Shown: one piece after another, positions 48,469 through 58,114 of the stretch
Position numbering within the stretch: the stretch's first letter is position 1
Layout of the letters: every line of letters begins with the position of its first letter
Assembly (NCBI GenBank): GCA_963850425.1
Contig: CAWKLF010000008.1
Location: 154,421-218,420 of the forward strand
DNA length: 64,000 nt
Direction: 5' to 3'
Source: an uncultured Acidobacteriota bacterium
GTDB taxonomy: Bacteria; Acidobacteriota; Terriglobia; Terriglobales; Acidobacteriaceae
Notes under the pieces: model-generated
What the model was told of the DNA's origin: nothing
The model's input: only the letters and a program-made list of their open reading frames with translations
Databases searched by the model: none
Position numbers and translations under genes: made by a program

Positions 48469-50826
48469 TTACTTCGACTTCATGACGTGTACGCCGTCCC
48501 AGCCAGTTTCCGGCGCATGTTCACGGAAGTCGAGCGCTCGCTGCAGGAAGATCTGTGTTGGCCCATCGTCAGGAAACGATGTCAGCAACGTTCCGAACTG
48601 AAGAACTGCCTCATTCCAATCCTGTTCACGATAGGCCGCCATTGCGCTGGCGAACTGTTCCAGCAGCACACTGTATTTCGCGTGATTTTCAGCGCCATCC
48701 AGTAGTTCGTAGATCGCCACTGGCTGCAACTTCCCCTTCACCCGAATTCGATCGAGATCTCTGCAGACAAACTGCTGTGCGACCTGGCGGTAAGTCCCTT
48801 CGCTGATCACAACGCGGACCCGGTACTGCTTGGTCATCCCTTCCAAACGCGACGCCAGGTTCACGTTGTCGCCCATGACCGTCCACGCCAGTCGCTTATC
48901 GGACCCCATGTTGCCCACGTTAACCGGACCCGTATTGAGCCCGATGCCAATCGAAATCGGTTTCCTACCTTCAGCTTTCCACTTTGCATTCAGCTTTTCA
49001 AGGCTGCGCGACATCTCCAGCGCGCAACTGCAGGCGCGGGTAGAGTGGTCGTCCTGGGGATAAGGCGAGCCCCAGAAAGCCATGATGGCATCGCCAATGT
49101 ACTTGTCGAGCGTACCCAGATTTCGGAAAAGGACATCAGTCATCTCGCCGAGATATTCATTGAGCAAGTGAACCAGTTCATCGGCACTCAAGCCTTCGGA
49201 AAGCGCCGTGAAGTCGCGAATATCGCTGAACATCACAGTCAATTCTTTCGTCTCACCACCCGGACGAATGTACCTTTGCGGATCCTTCTCGATCAGCCCG
49301 ATCACGCCCGGCGACAGATATTGTGAGAATGTCTTCCTGATCTTGCGCTTCTCGCGCTCCTCGAAAATCATGCGGAAGCTCGTGATGGCTGCGTAGTTCG
49401 CCACCAGCGTCGTAGCCGGTATCGCAAAACTCAGCCAGCTTCCCCAGCGCACGAAGCTGAAATAGACGAACCAGCCAAACGCCGCAAGAACGAGGATCAA
49501 AGCCACCGTCGAGTACAACGGCTTAACCTTCCCGAACCAGATTCCCATGCCAGTGCCGAACAGCAGGATGAACGCGATGTCGATCATCTCCTCGCGCGCG
49601 CCACGAGTCAGGAAGCTCCGTCCGGCTTCCCCGCTGTGCAGCAGGTTGTCGATAATGTTGGCATGCACCTCGACCCCCATGTACGCGTCGCCATTCTGGA
49701 AGGGCGTAATCCGAAGATCGCCAATCGCCTTGGCGGTCGCCCCAAACAACACGATCTTGTTCTTGAACGCATCAGGGGGAGTAGAGCGCGAGATCACATC
49801 CCACATGGAGTAGTGCGGATAGCTTCCATAAGGGCCGACATAGTTGATAATTGCCGTCCCATCGCGCGAGGGACGCAGGGGATGCGAGCCAAATTGAATC
49901 CGCTCGAGCCCGTTTTCGGCGATATAGGCTGCGATCTCCTGATCGGGAATTTGCTCAAACTCACGCAATACCTGCATGGCGAGCGAGGGAAAGAAGTCCT
50001 GATCGCGATACCGCATAATCAAAAGCGCGTGCCGCAAGGTTCCATCCGGATCAGGATTAATATCGATGAAGCCATAGGATACAGCTGCTTCGGCAAGCTT
50101 CGTGATGTTCGCTTCGGCGCCCGCCGCCACTGTGCCGCCGCTATTCACCCAGGCCTGCGCCAGATCAAAGTCCTTGCCATCCTTCGATTTGACCTTCAGT
50201 ACCTGGGGGAATGACTTCGCCCACACAATGTTGAAGTACTCTTCCTCGAGTTTGGGATTGGAGTTCTTGGCGCGCTCCGCATCAAGAAACAGATGCCCTA
50301 AAACCACATTGCCAGAAGCCTTGAGTGAAGCGGCAAATGCGCCGTCCTGGTCGCTCTCGATCTTCAGGCGCTTGATCTCCTGATCAACACTGGAAGGAGC
50401 GGATGCGCCGAGGTTCGCCTGCAGCTTGTTTAGCGCCTGAGTTGCAGAATTGCTTTCCGGAGTCGGGAACGTGGCATCGAAGGCTACCACGCGCGCACCT
50501 TCTGCGCTGAGTCGCTTTACCAACTCGGCATACGCACGCCGAGGAAGCGGAAACGATCCCTCGTGCATCAGCGTCTTCTCATCGATGCCGACGATGACAA
50601 TTCGTTCGTCAGGCTTGCGCGATCCGCGCAGTTCGAACCGGGTGTCCAGCAGGCTTTGTTCTACGTTCTGAAGAAAGAGAAAGCCGGCACCACGATTTCC
50701 GCCGATGCCGGCAAATGCAAACAGGAGCAATCCGCCCGCCGTAACCAGTAGTGCCAGAGCCACGTCAACCTGGCGAGTCGATATCCGGCTCAACCACTGG
50801 GACCAGCGCTGCGAATTTGGCGTCAT
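48469..50826 (-). CDS. CHASE2-domain membrane sensor fused to a class III adenylate/guanylate cyclase, with a C-terminal helical-repeat tail
   Basis: 785 aa. N-terminal TM helix plus a periplasmic CHASE2 region (IVIVGIDEKTL...), three TM helices, then a cyclase core (TVMFSDIRDFTALSE ... KYIGDAIMAFWG ... GLNTGPVNVGNMGS ... WTVMGDNVNLASRLE). Confidence 0.85.
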   Translation of the reverse strand: MTPNSQRWSQWLSRISTRQVDVALALLVTAGGLLLFAFAGIGGNRGAGFLFLQNVEQSLLDTRFELRGSRKPDERIVIVGIDEKTLMHEGSFPLPRRAYAELVKRLSAEGARVVAFDATFPTPESNSATQALNKLQANLGASAPSSVDQEIKRLKIESDQDGAFAASLKASGNVVLGHLFLDAERAKNSNPKLEEEYFNIVWAKSFPQVLKVKSKDGKDFDLAQAWVNSGGTVAAGAEANITKLAEAAVSYGFIDINPDPDGTLRHALLIMRYRDQDFFPSLAMQVLREFEQIPDQEIAAYIAENGLERIQFGSHPLRPSRDGTAIINYVGPYGSYPHYSMWDVISRSTPPDAFKNKIVLFGATAKAIGDLRITPFQNGDAYMGVEVHANIIDNLLHSGEAGRSFLTRGAREEMIDIAFILLFGTGMGIWFGKVKPLYSTVALILVLAAFGWFVYFSFVRWGSWLSFAIPATTLVANYAAITSFRMIFEEREKRKIRKTFSQYLSPGVIGLIEKDPQRYIRPGGETKELTVMFSDIRDFTALSEGLSADELVHLLNEYLGEMTDVLFRNLGTLDKYIGDAIMAFWGSPYPQDDHSTRACSCALEMSRSLEKLNAKWKAEGRKPISIGIGLNTGPVNVGNMGSDKRLAWTVMGDNVNLASRLEGMTKQYRVRVVISEGTYRQVAQQFVCRDLDRIRVKGKLQPVAIYELLDGAENHAKYSVLLEQFASAMAAYREQDWNEAVLQFGTLLTSFPDDGPTQIFLQRALDFREHAPETGWDGVHVMKSK

Positions 50827-50900
50827 GAAGTGCCCACCGGGGGGCTCAGTGATAAGGGTTCCGCGTACCTATTCAATTTCGACGATTTTGCTCTGCACAA

Positions 50901-51728
50901 TCATCCACACAGCTTGGGATTTGGATTGGTCTGGCAATTCGGGACTCGCGGCAAGGCCGATCCGCCGCTTGAATTCAGCTGCGTATATCCAACTGCCCAT
51001 CCCGTAGCCGCCGCTCCGATACCGATGATCAGGTTGCGCACCAGGTGCGGATGCACCGAGGGCAGGGGCCCATCGGGCACGTTCGTATCGGTCATGCTAG
51101 CCTGCAGTAGATCCGAAGACGCCGGATTGGATTGGAATCCCGCCGCAGCCAGGGCCGAGCTAATGACCACCATCTGGCCCTCAGATACGGCGATCGAATT
51201 CGAACTTGCATCGGCCTGCCCTGAATTCTTCATGATCTTCGCATTGCCCGAGGGCGTGACCATGACTTTGCCGCGATAACAAATGACCGTGGTCCGGTCG
51301 GCATCGTAACCAACATAGAAGTCTGTCCCGACCACGCCGATCACCGCGTTCGGCGTCTTGATCTCAAATTTTCCGTTAGGCTGGGTGATTTTCACGACCT
51401 TGCTGCGCACCTTGCCGAAATTCATTTCCAGCGATGTCTGTTGCGAAGCCGCATCGTGCTGCACCACGCGCAGCTCGCTGTTGGAGCCCACGCTCAGGAT
51501 CGAACCGTCTTTCAAACCGGCGCGCAGACGGCCCGATTTCTGCGTCTGCAAAAGGTCGTTCCAATCCAGATCGTCTTTCACCTTGGCAGGCTTGGCATTT
51601 CGCGTCGCATCGGGCACAAGCGCATTGATCTGTCCTGCGTGGTCGCCCGAAGCCGACTGACAAACGGCCGGAAATGGCGAAAGTAGCAGGCAAAGTAGGG
51701 CCGCGGTCAATCGTTTATAGGTATTCAA
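50901..51728 (-). CDS. Secreted FecR-domain protein
   Basis: 275 aa. Signal peptide, then RLRAGLKDGSILSVGSNSELRVV ... FEIKTPNAVIGVVGTDFYV. Lies upstream of, and co-directional with, the CHASE2 cyclase. Confidence 0.75.
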   Translation of the reverse strand: MNTYKRLTAALLCLLLSPFPAVCQSASGDHAGQINALVPDATRNAKPAKVKDDLDWNDLLQTQKSGRLRAGLKDGSILSVGSNSELRVVQHDAASQQTSLEMNFGKVRSKVVKITQPNGKFEIKTPNAVIGVVGTDFYVGYDADRTTVICYRGKVMVTPSGNAKIMKNSGQADASSNSIAVSEGQMVVISSALAAAGFQSNPASSDLLQASMTDTNVPDGPLPSVHPHLVRNLIIGIGAAATGWAVGYTQLNSSGGSALPRVPNCQTNPNPKLCG

Positions 51729-51935
51729 GTGAGGTTCTCCCCTAGTTCTCAGGAAATGATTGAGGTCTGAGCGAATTCTGCCAGAGTGACAGGGATTGTC
51801 AACGTTACGAGGCGGCGGGATTAATCAATCTGGTTACACGAAAGTCGCAGCACTGTCGTTCTCGACCGCAACCCATATTACATTCGGAATGCGATAAGTT
51901 TCTCGCTGAGACATCGTGATCTTGTGTCGCCCTGA

Positions 51936-53480
51936 ATGAGACTCTTCCGCCAACGACGCCGGTTGCTGCTTGCACTCTGTGCAATATTGCTGCCCTGTTT
52001 AGGTATGATTCTTGTATCGTGCAGTGGAAGCGGGTCTTCAGCCACCAGTCCACTCCCGCCGTCGCCTGCGGTTCCACTTAGCGCCACCGAAGTGGACACC
52101 ATAGTCCAGAATGCGGTTGTATCCGTCAACGTACCGCTGGTCGTCGCGGTCTCCGACCGAAGCGGCATCGTGCTGGCAGTTTTTCAGACACCCGGCGCGC
52201 CCGCCACGGCGATCGGAAACTTCGGAGCAGTTGTCGACAGCAACGAGCTCGCAGTCGCCCTCGCACGAACGGCCGCGCTTTTCAGCAACGACCAAGCCCC
52301 CCTTTCGAGCCGTACTGTCCGCTTCATCAGTGGCATCCATTTTCCGCCCGGCGTGTCGTTCGCTCCCAACGCCGATTTGTTTGGCATTGAGAATACCAAT
52401 CGCGGCTGCCCGTTGAATGCCGCATTCAATGCCGGAAAAACCGTCAATCCCGCGCGTTCCATCAACGGCGCGAACCTGGGACTCGGGGTAATCACCGGCA
52501 AGGCTGACGTTATGGACAGCGATCCCACGGCCGTCAATCCAGGCGGTGTTCCTCTTTTCAAAAATGGACACGTGGTCGGTGGAATCGGAGTGGTGAGCAG
52601 TTCTACGAGCGTATCCGAGTTCGCCGCGTTCTCGGGAGCCGCCCACACGGGCTTCTTACCGAACGCCGCACAGCTTCCCCCTCCCGGAGTTGTCGTGATC
52701 GGCGGAATTTCGCTACCGTTTGTAAACCAGACAACTTTGCCAGCAGGAGTTTCTGCCGGAGTTGCCGGGGGCACGTACGTGGCGGGTCCAATCGCTGGGT
52801 CGCTTCCGCCCGAGGGCGATCTTGTCGGTCCGAACGCAGGTGCGGGCGGACTGACTCAGGCAGATGTAACTTCGATCGTCAATCAGGCAGTTGCCACGGC
52901 GGAGATAACACGGGCGGTCATTCGCCTGCCTTCGGCTTCGCGTTCACGCATGACCATCGCCGTTGCAGATCTCGACGGTACAATTCTCGCCTTGCGTCGC
53001 ATGCCCGACGCCACCGTTTTCAGCATCGATGTCGCAGTCGCCAAGGCGCGCAACGTCATTTACTTCAGCAGCACTGGCATCGCGGATATGCCGGGCGTTC
53101 CCGCACAGACGGCCGTCACCAATCGCACGATTGGTTTCGGAGCGCAGCCCTTGTTCCCGCCCGGAATCGACGGATCAAATCCCGGACCCTTCTTCACTTT
53201 GTACACACAGGATTTCTCGAACCCCTGCACTCAGGGTTCGCAACCTTCCAATCCAAATCAGAATGGCGTTGTATTTTTCCCGGGAAGTCTGCCGCTTTAC
53301 AAGAACGGCGTTCTCGTCGGAGGTCTCGGCGTGAGCGGCGACGGTGTTGATCAAGATGACTATGTGACCAATGCCGGAGCTCAGGGCTTTGATGCCCCCG
53401 ACAATATCCGCGCAGATCAAGTCATGATCGACAATGTCCGTTTGCCCTATCTGAAGTTCCCTCGCAACCCGCTAAATTAG
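51936..53480 (+). CDS. Lipoprotein with two tandem GlcG/DUF336 (HbpS-like) domains
   Basis: 514 aa. Lipobox ILVSC. Domain 1 has VVAVSDRSGIVLAVF ... GGVPLFKNGHVVGGIGV. Domain 2 has IAVADLDGTILALRRMPDA ... AVAKARNV ... GSLPLYKNGVLVGGLGVSGDGVDQDD. Confidence 0.7.
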   Translation: MRLFRQRRRLLLALCAILLPCLGMILVSCSGSGSSATSPLPPSPAVPLSATEVDTIVQNAVVSVNVPLVVAVSDRSGIVLAVFQTPGAPATAIGNFGAVVDSNELAVALARTAALFSNDQAPLSSRTVRFISGIHFPPGVSFAPNADLFGIENTNRGCPLNAAFNAGKTVNPARSINGANLGLGVITGKADVMDSDPTAVNPGGVPLFKNGHVVGGIGVVSSSTSVSEFAAFSGAAHTGFLPNAAQLPPPGVVVIGGISLPFVNQTTLPAGVSAGVAGGTYVAGPIAGSLPPEGDLVGPNAGAGGLTQADVTSIVNQAVATAEITRAVIRLPSASRSRMTIAVADLDGTILALRRMPDATVFSIDVAVAKARNVIYFSSTGIADMPGVPAQTAVTNRTIGFGAQPLFPPGIDGSNPGPFFTLYTQDFSNPCTQGSQPSNPNQNGVVFFPGSLPLYKNGVLVGGLGVSGDGVDQDDYVTNAGAQGFDAPDNIRADQVMIDNVRLPYLKFPRNPLN

Positions 53481-53803
53481 CCGGACAGACTAGAAGTTAC
53501 CTTCTGACTTGTATTGCGTTATATCGAAGCGCATCAATACTCAGAGGGACGTTACTTTTGGCGAACAGGTCGGACACCCCACCTCTCATACCACCGTGTC
53601 CTTGTCGACGATGGCGTCCACTATTACTGTCCCTAGTAATGAATTCCGATTTCATCTAGGCCCTTCGCGTGAGCGCCACTGAAAGCAGTCCTGCCGCTTA
53701 GAAGCGTGCTTCGTCATAAGGCTGGAGCATTCCAACAATCTGCATCCTTCGTCCCCCATCGGCATTCGTGTGCGCCACACGGCCGCCGAAGAAAGGAAGC
53801 AAC

Positions 53804-56464
53804 GTGAACTTCAGGAGATCTCTGCTCACCCTCAAAGCCTCGGCCGTCGTCAAGCCGAATCGTTTCGATTCACGCAAGCTGCTTACCCTCACCCGCTGGT
53901 CCTGGATCGTCCTCGCTCTGCTGGCTACCGTTCAATGGTCGATTCCGGCCTCGGCCAGCAGCGGCGGTATTTCAGGATTTTCAGGCAAGAGTACATCGAC
54001 CTGCACGTCCTGCCACAGCGGCAGTAGTAGCATACCGACCGTCACCCTCTCCGGTCCCACCAGCGTCGCCTCCGGCTCGACCAATAGTTACACGATCTCG
54101 GTCAGCATCATTGCGGCCGGCAATGGCGGCGTCGATGTAGCGGCGTCGGCAGGAACCTTCGCGGCCGGAACTGGCACCAAGGTGCTCAACGGCGAGATCG
54201 TTCACAGTGCACCAAGCAGCACTCATAGCTGGACCTTCAGTTGGACGGCACCCACCGTTACCGCCAACACGACCGCCACGCTGTACGCGGCCGCAATCGA
54301 TAGCTACGGTGGCGGCACCGGTACGATCCGCCAGGCCATCACCGTCAATGCCCCAGCGCCTGCCCCGACCATCGCCGTCAGCCCGGCGAGTCTTACTTTT
54401 AACTATCAGAGCGGTGGCACCATCCCGGCAGCGCAGAATGTCGCGGTCAGCAGTAGCGGCACCGCATTCAATTACACAGTGTCCACCTCCGCGACCTGGC
54501 TTACGGCCACGCCCGCCACTGGAAGTACTCCGGGCAGCGTAGCTGTTTCCGTGAATCCGGGCTCTCTCGCGGCCGGCATGTACACCGGCACCGTCTCGAT
54601 TGCGTCTGCGGGCGCGTCCAATAGCCCCAAGACTGTCGCCGTTACCTTGAATGTCACGGCTGCGGCCTTGCCTACCTTGACTGCGAATCCCGCCAGTCTG
54701 ACCTTTACTTATCAGATCGGTGGCAGCACACCTGCCGCACAGGCCGCTGCCATTACCAGCAGCGGGGCGGCGGTCAACTTCACCACCGCAACCTCCGCCA
54801 CGTGGTTGTCGGCAACACCCAGCGGAATGACTGGCGGCAACGTCAGTGTCACGATCAATCCTTCGGGATTGACCGCCGGGACATACAACGGCAACGTGAC
54901 GATAACCTCCGCGGGAGCCGCGAACAGCCCGAAAGTAGCCGTGTCGCTGACTGTATCGACAGCTCCCGTGACAACTCTTACCGTCACTCCCGCGAGCTTG
55001 TCTTTCAGCTACCAGATAGGTGGAAGCGTGCCCGCGAGCAAGATGATCAACGTCACGGGCAGCAGCGCAATGAGCTACAGCGCAAGTTCCTCGAGCGCAT
55101 GGCTTACGGTCTCTCCTGCAAGTGGCAACACTCCCGGCAGCCTGACCGCATCGGTGAATCCGTCCGGTCTCTCCGCTGGAACCTATAACGGGACGGTCAC
55201 CGTGACAGCGTCCGGAGCATCCAACTCTCCGCAGACGGTCGCCGTTTCGCTAACTGTAACAGCGGCTCCCTCCGGAAATCCGGCGCTGAACATCAGCCCT
55301 GGAACTTTGTCGTTCAGCTACCCAGCCGGGTCGACGACTTCCGGTACACAGACGGTGACGATCGCCAGCAGCGGGTCGCCACTGAGCATCACGGCGGCTG
55401 CTTCCGGCGGTGCCTGGCTTAGCGTCAGTCCCCCCTCCGGCTCGACACCCTCAACGCTGACGGTGAGCGCAAATCCTTCCGGCCTGGCAGCAGGAACCTA
55501 CAATGGAAGCATAACGATCACCTCCAGTGGGGCCTCGAACTCACCGCAGACACTGCCCGTAAAACTTGTGGTCACGACCACGCGCGGTTCGGGCAGGCTC
55601 AGAGTTTGGCCGTCGAAGGCAGCCTACTTTGAATACGAAGCGGGTCACTCCACTCCGGCACCACGGACCGTCCGCGTCTACAGCTATGGAGCGCCTCTTG
55701 GCTTCACAGCTGCGGCCCACGGCGGAACTTGGTTGTCGGTCACTCCATCGGGAGGCACAACCCCCGGATCGCTGAGCATCTCGGTAGATCCGACCGGCTT
55801 GGCCTCGGGCACGTATACTGCAACGATCGCGATCGCAGCAACTGGCTCCGTCGGAGTCAACCTGCCCGTCATCCTCAAGGTTGCTACCGAAGATGACGGT
55901 GGTGGAGAAGACGACAGACCTGACAGCGGAACCAGCGGCAGCACCGAACAGCTGCGTGCCTGGCCGTTTGCCTACGATCCCGCATCCTCGAACACCGTGG
56001 CTGCCACCTGGATGGACGGCACCGGTGTCTCCTCAACCGCCAGCAACACCTCCGATACTCGTAACCAGGGCTTGTTGTTGTCTAAGACCAGCGCCGCGTC
56101 CAACCAGGCGCAAGCTGGTATTGTCGTCCGTGACGTTGAGGGGATGTCTCTCACCGAACTCGGCTATGACATTCGCAATGGCGGGCAATGCACGTCAACC
56201 ACACCTCGATTTGCGATTGTGACCATTGACGATGTCGTCCATAAGACGGGATGCGCGTCGGGCACAACGCAATCGGCACCAGTCGCTGGATGGAAGCGCC
56301 TGCGCTTTGATCCCGCAAATCCGGCGCAAACCAATCCGCCCATCGCTCCAGGTAGCAAGATCAAGAGCGTCTACCTGGTGATGGACGGCGGACCAGAAAC
56401 GGGCTCCACCGTTGTGGTGCTCGACAACGTCGACATTAACGGCAAGATCATCGGCAAGCAGTAG
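53804..56464 (+). CDS. Large secreted protein: N-terminal single-CXXCH module, five tandem ~100-aa Ig/BACON-like repeats, acidic linker, C-terminal beta-rich domain
   Basis: The ORF track starts at GTG 53768. I prefer GTG 53804, preceded by AAAGGAAG. Signal peptide WSWIVLALLATVQWSIPASA, then STCTSCHSG, then five repeats (see the repeat feature), then EDDGGGEDDRPDSG, then a ~170-aa C-terminal domain. Confidence 0.7.
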   Translation: MNFRRSLLTLKASAVVKPNRFDSRKLLTLTRWSWIVLALLATVQWSIPASASSGGISGFSGKSTSTCTSCHSGSSSIPTVTLSGPTSVASGSTNSYTISVSIIAAGNGGVDVAASAGTFAAGTGTKVLNGEIVHSAPSSTHSWTFSWTAPTVTANTTATLYAAAIDSYGGGTGTIRQAITVNAPAPAPTIAVSPASLTFNYQSGGTIPAAQNVAVSSSGTAFNYTVSTSATWLTATPATGSTPGSVAVSVNPGSLAAGMYTGTVSIASAGASNSPKTVAVTLNVTAAALPTLTANPASLTFTYQIGGSTPAAQAAAITSSGAAVNFTTATSATWLSATPSGMTGGNVSVTINPSGLTAGTYNGNVTITSAGAANSPKVAVSLTVSTAPVTTLTVTPASLSFSYQIGGSVPASKMINVTGSSAMSYSASSSSAWLTVSPASGNTPGSLTASVNPSGLSAGTYNGTVTVTASGASNSPQTVAVSLTVTAAPSGNPALNISPGTLSFSYPAGSTTSGTQTVTIASSGSPLSITAAASGGAWLSVSPPSGSTPSTLTVSANPSGLAAGTYNGSITITSSGASNSPQTLPVKLVVTTTRGSGRLRVWPSKAAYFEYEAGHSTPAPRTVRVYSYGAPLGFTAAAHGGTWLSVTPSGGTTPGSLSISVDPTGLASGTYTATIAIAATGSVGVNLPVILKVATEDDGGGEDDRPDSGTSGSTEQLRAWPFAYDPASSNTVAATWMDGTGVSSTASNTSDTRNQGLLLSKTSAASNQAQAGIVVRDVEGMSLTELGYDIRNGGQCTSTTPRFAIVTIDDVVHKTGCASGTTQSAPVAGWKRLRFDPANPAQTNPPIAPGSKIKSVYLVMDGGPETGSTVVVLDNVDINGKIIGKQ
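54365..55888 (+). repeat. Five in-frame tandem coding repeats (~300 nt / ~100 aa each) inside the 53804-56464 gene
   Basis: The recurring pattern is P(A/G)SL(T/S)F.Y..GG..PA.Q...(I/V).SSG....(F/Y)......(A/T)WL(S/T).(T/S)P..G(S/N)TPG.(L/V)...(V)NPSGL.AGTY.G.(V/I)T(I/V)(T/A)S.GA.NSP.... Copies are diverged, and the fifth is the most divergent. Confidence 0.8.
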
Positions 56465-56485
56465 CCGAACCTGCCCCAAACCCTT

Positions 56486-56526
56486 CCGGGCTGGCTCCGA
56501 CAGTCGAGAGCCGGCCCGGTTTTTTT
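56486..56526 (+). terminator. Intrinsic terminator after the repeat-protein gene
   Basis: CCGGGCTGGCTC (56486-97) pairs with GAGCCGGCCCGG (56508-19) with one G-U pair, followed by seven T. Confidence 0.75.
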
Positions 56527-56652
56527 GGCCCACTCTGTCGCGGAGCTAGCCCATCGGCTTGGCAATCCCGGTGTATCCGATGAGAGTCTTGTCGCATATC
56601 GCGTCTGCATGCTGTACTACCAGATGAGTTTTTTTCCCGCGTCAGGATTTCC

Positions 56653-58059
56653 ATGAGCTTGGTGGTCATGAAGTTCGGCGGCACTTCCGTCGGAAATGCC
56701 GAACGGATCCGGCAAGCAGCCGCAATCGTGCAGCGCCACGCGCAGCAGGGCGGCTCCGTAGTCGTCGTAGTTTCCGCCCTCTCCAAGGTCACCGACCTGA
56801 TCCTGAGCGTCCTGAATTCCGCGCGCACCGGCAATGGCAGGCAAATGGAGGACGGCCTTCTTCAACTGCAGACCCGTCACGAACAAGTCGTCGCAGAGCT
56901 CTTCTCCGGCCAAACTCAGAAAGCAGTCGCAACCCGGGTGCAGTCCACCCTCAACCGCTTGCGCGAGCTGTCTTCCGCGCTGCTGCTATTGGGTTCGGCC
57001 ACGCCGCAGGTCACGGACATGGCGCTTCCCCTCGGCGAGCAAATGTCCGCCCACATCTTCGCCGCCTGCCTGAACGAACTCGGCGCAAAAGGTGTGTTCG
57101 TCGATTCCGCCCGTGTCGTCGCCACCGACGACAAATTCGGCGATGCCTCGCCCGACATGGACGCAACCCGCCGCCAGTGCGCCGACGCGCTGAACCCGCT
57201 CCTGCAGCAAGGCCAGATTCCGGTGGTGATGGGCTACAGCGGCGCAACCGCATCGGGACAGGTGACGACCCTAGGCCGCGGCGGCTCCGACTATTCCGGC
57301 ACGATCCTCGGCGCCGCTATGGACGCCCACGAAGTCTGGATCTGGACCGACGTCGACGGTGTCCTGACGGCCGACCCGCGCGTCTGTCCCGATGCCGTCA
57401 CTCTGCCCGAAATCACTTTTGCCGAAGCCATCGAGCTCTCCTACTACGGAGCGAAGGTCATCCACCGCAAAGCCATCTGGCCCGCCATGGATCGCGGCAT
57501 CCCCGTCTGGATCAAGAATTCCTTCAAGTCCGAGGTACCAGGCACTAAAATCGTCGAGCGCCTTCCCGAAAGCACTCGTCCCGTAAAGGCTGTCACCGCC
57601 GTGACGCAAGCCTCGCTCGTAACGCTCACCACGCGGCGCGACGTGCATTTCGCCGAGATCTTTGGCCGCCTGTTCTTGAGGCTTGGCCATGAACACGTCG
57701 ATGTATTGTTCTCCACGCAATCATCGTCCGAAGATTCCCTGGGTTTGGTATTACGCGAAGCCGACACCGAGCGCGTCGTCCACGCCATCCAGAGACTGTT
57801 CCGCACCGAACTCAAACACGGAGTCCTGAATCCTGTAACCGTTCACCGCGACATCGCCGTGATTGCCGTCCTCGGCTCCGGCATGAAAGGAACGTGCGGC
57901 ATCCTCGGACGCCTGTTCTCCGTGGTCGCCCGTAACAATGTAAGCGTGATCGCCGTCGCTCAGGGCGCCAGTGAATTGAACATCTGTTTCGCGGTAACGA
58001 ATTCGCGGGTCGACGACGTCGTTCGCGCTGTTCACCAGGAATTTTTGAGCGCCCAATAA
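56653..58059 (+). CDS. lysC: Aspartate kinase
   Basis: 468 aa. MSLVVMKFGGTSVGNAERI, a GRGGSDYSG-type motif, and two C-terminal ACT domains. Confidence 0.9.
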   Translation: MSLVVMKFGGTSVGNAERIRQAAAIVQRHAQQGGSVVVVVSALSKVTDLILSVLNSARTGNGRQMEDGLLQLQTRHEQVVAELFSGQTQKAVATRVQSTLNRLRELSSALLLLGSATPQVTDMALPLGEQMSAHIFAACLNELGAKGVFVDSARVVATDDKFGDASPDMDATRRQCADALNPLLQQGQIPVVMGYSGATASGQVTTLGRGGSDYSGTILGAAMDAHEVWIWTDVDGVLTADPRVCPDAVTLPEITFAEAIELSYYGAKVIHRKAIWPAMDRGIPVWIKNSFKSEVPGTKIVERLPESTRPVKAVTAVTQASLVTLTTRRDVHFAEIFGRLFLRLGHEHVDVLFSTQSSSEDSLGLVLREADTERVVHAIQRLFRTELKHGVLNPVTVHRDIAVIAVLGSGMKGTCGILGRLFSVVARNNVSVIAVAQGASELNICFAVTNSRVDDVVRAVHQEFLSAQ

Positions 58060-58114
58060 GCATCGAGACTGCCGCCAGCAGGCACAGCGTAACCGAAGCA
58101 CAAGCAATCTTTTT

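Noticed and set aside
56580-56640. Small ORF MRVLSHIASACCTTR* followed by a T8 run upstream of lysC-hom; considered as a Thr/Lys leader attenuator.
   Set aside because: It has only two Thr and no Lys, Ile or Met enrichment. I found no convincing GC-rich hairpin directly preceding the T-run. The region is also too short for a lysine riboswitch.
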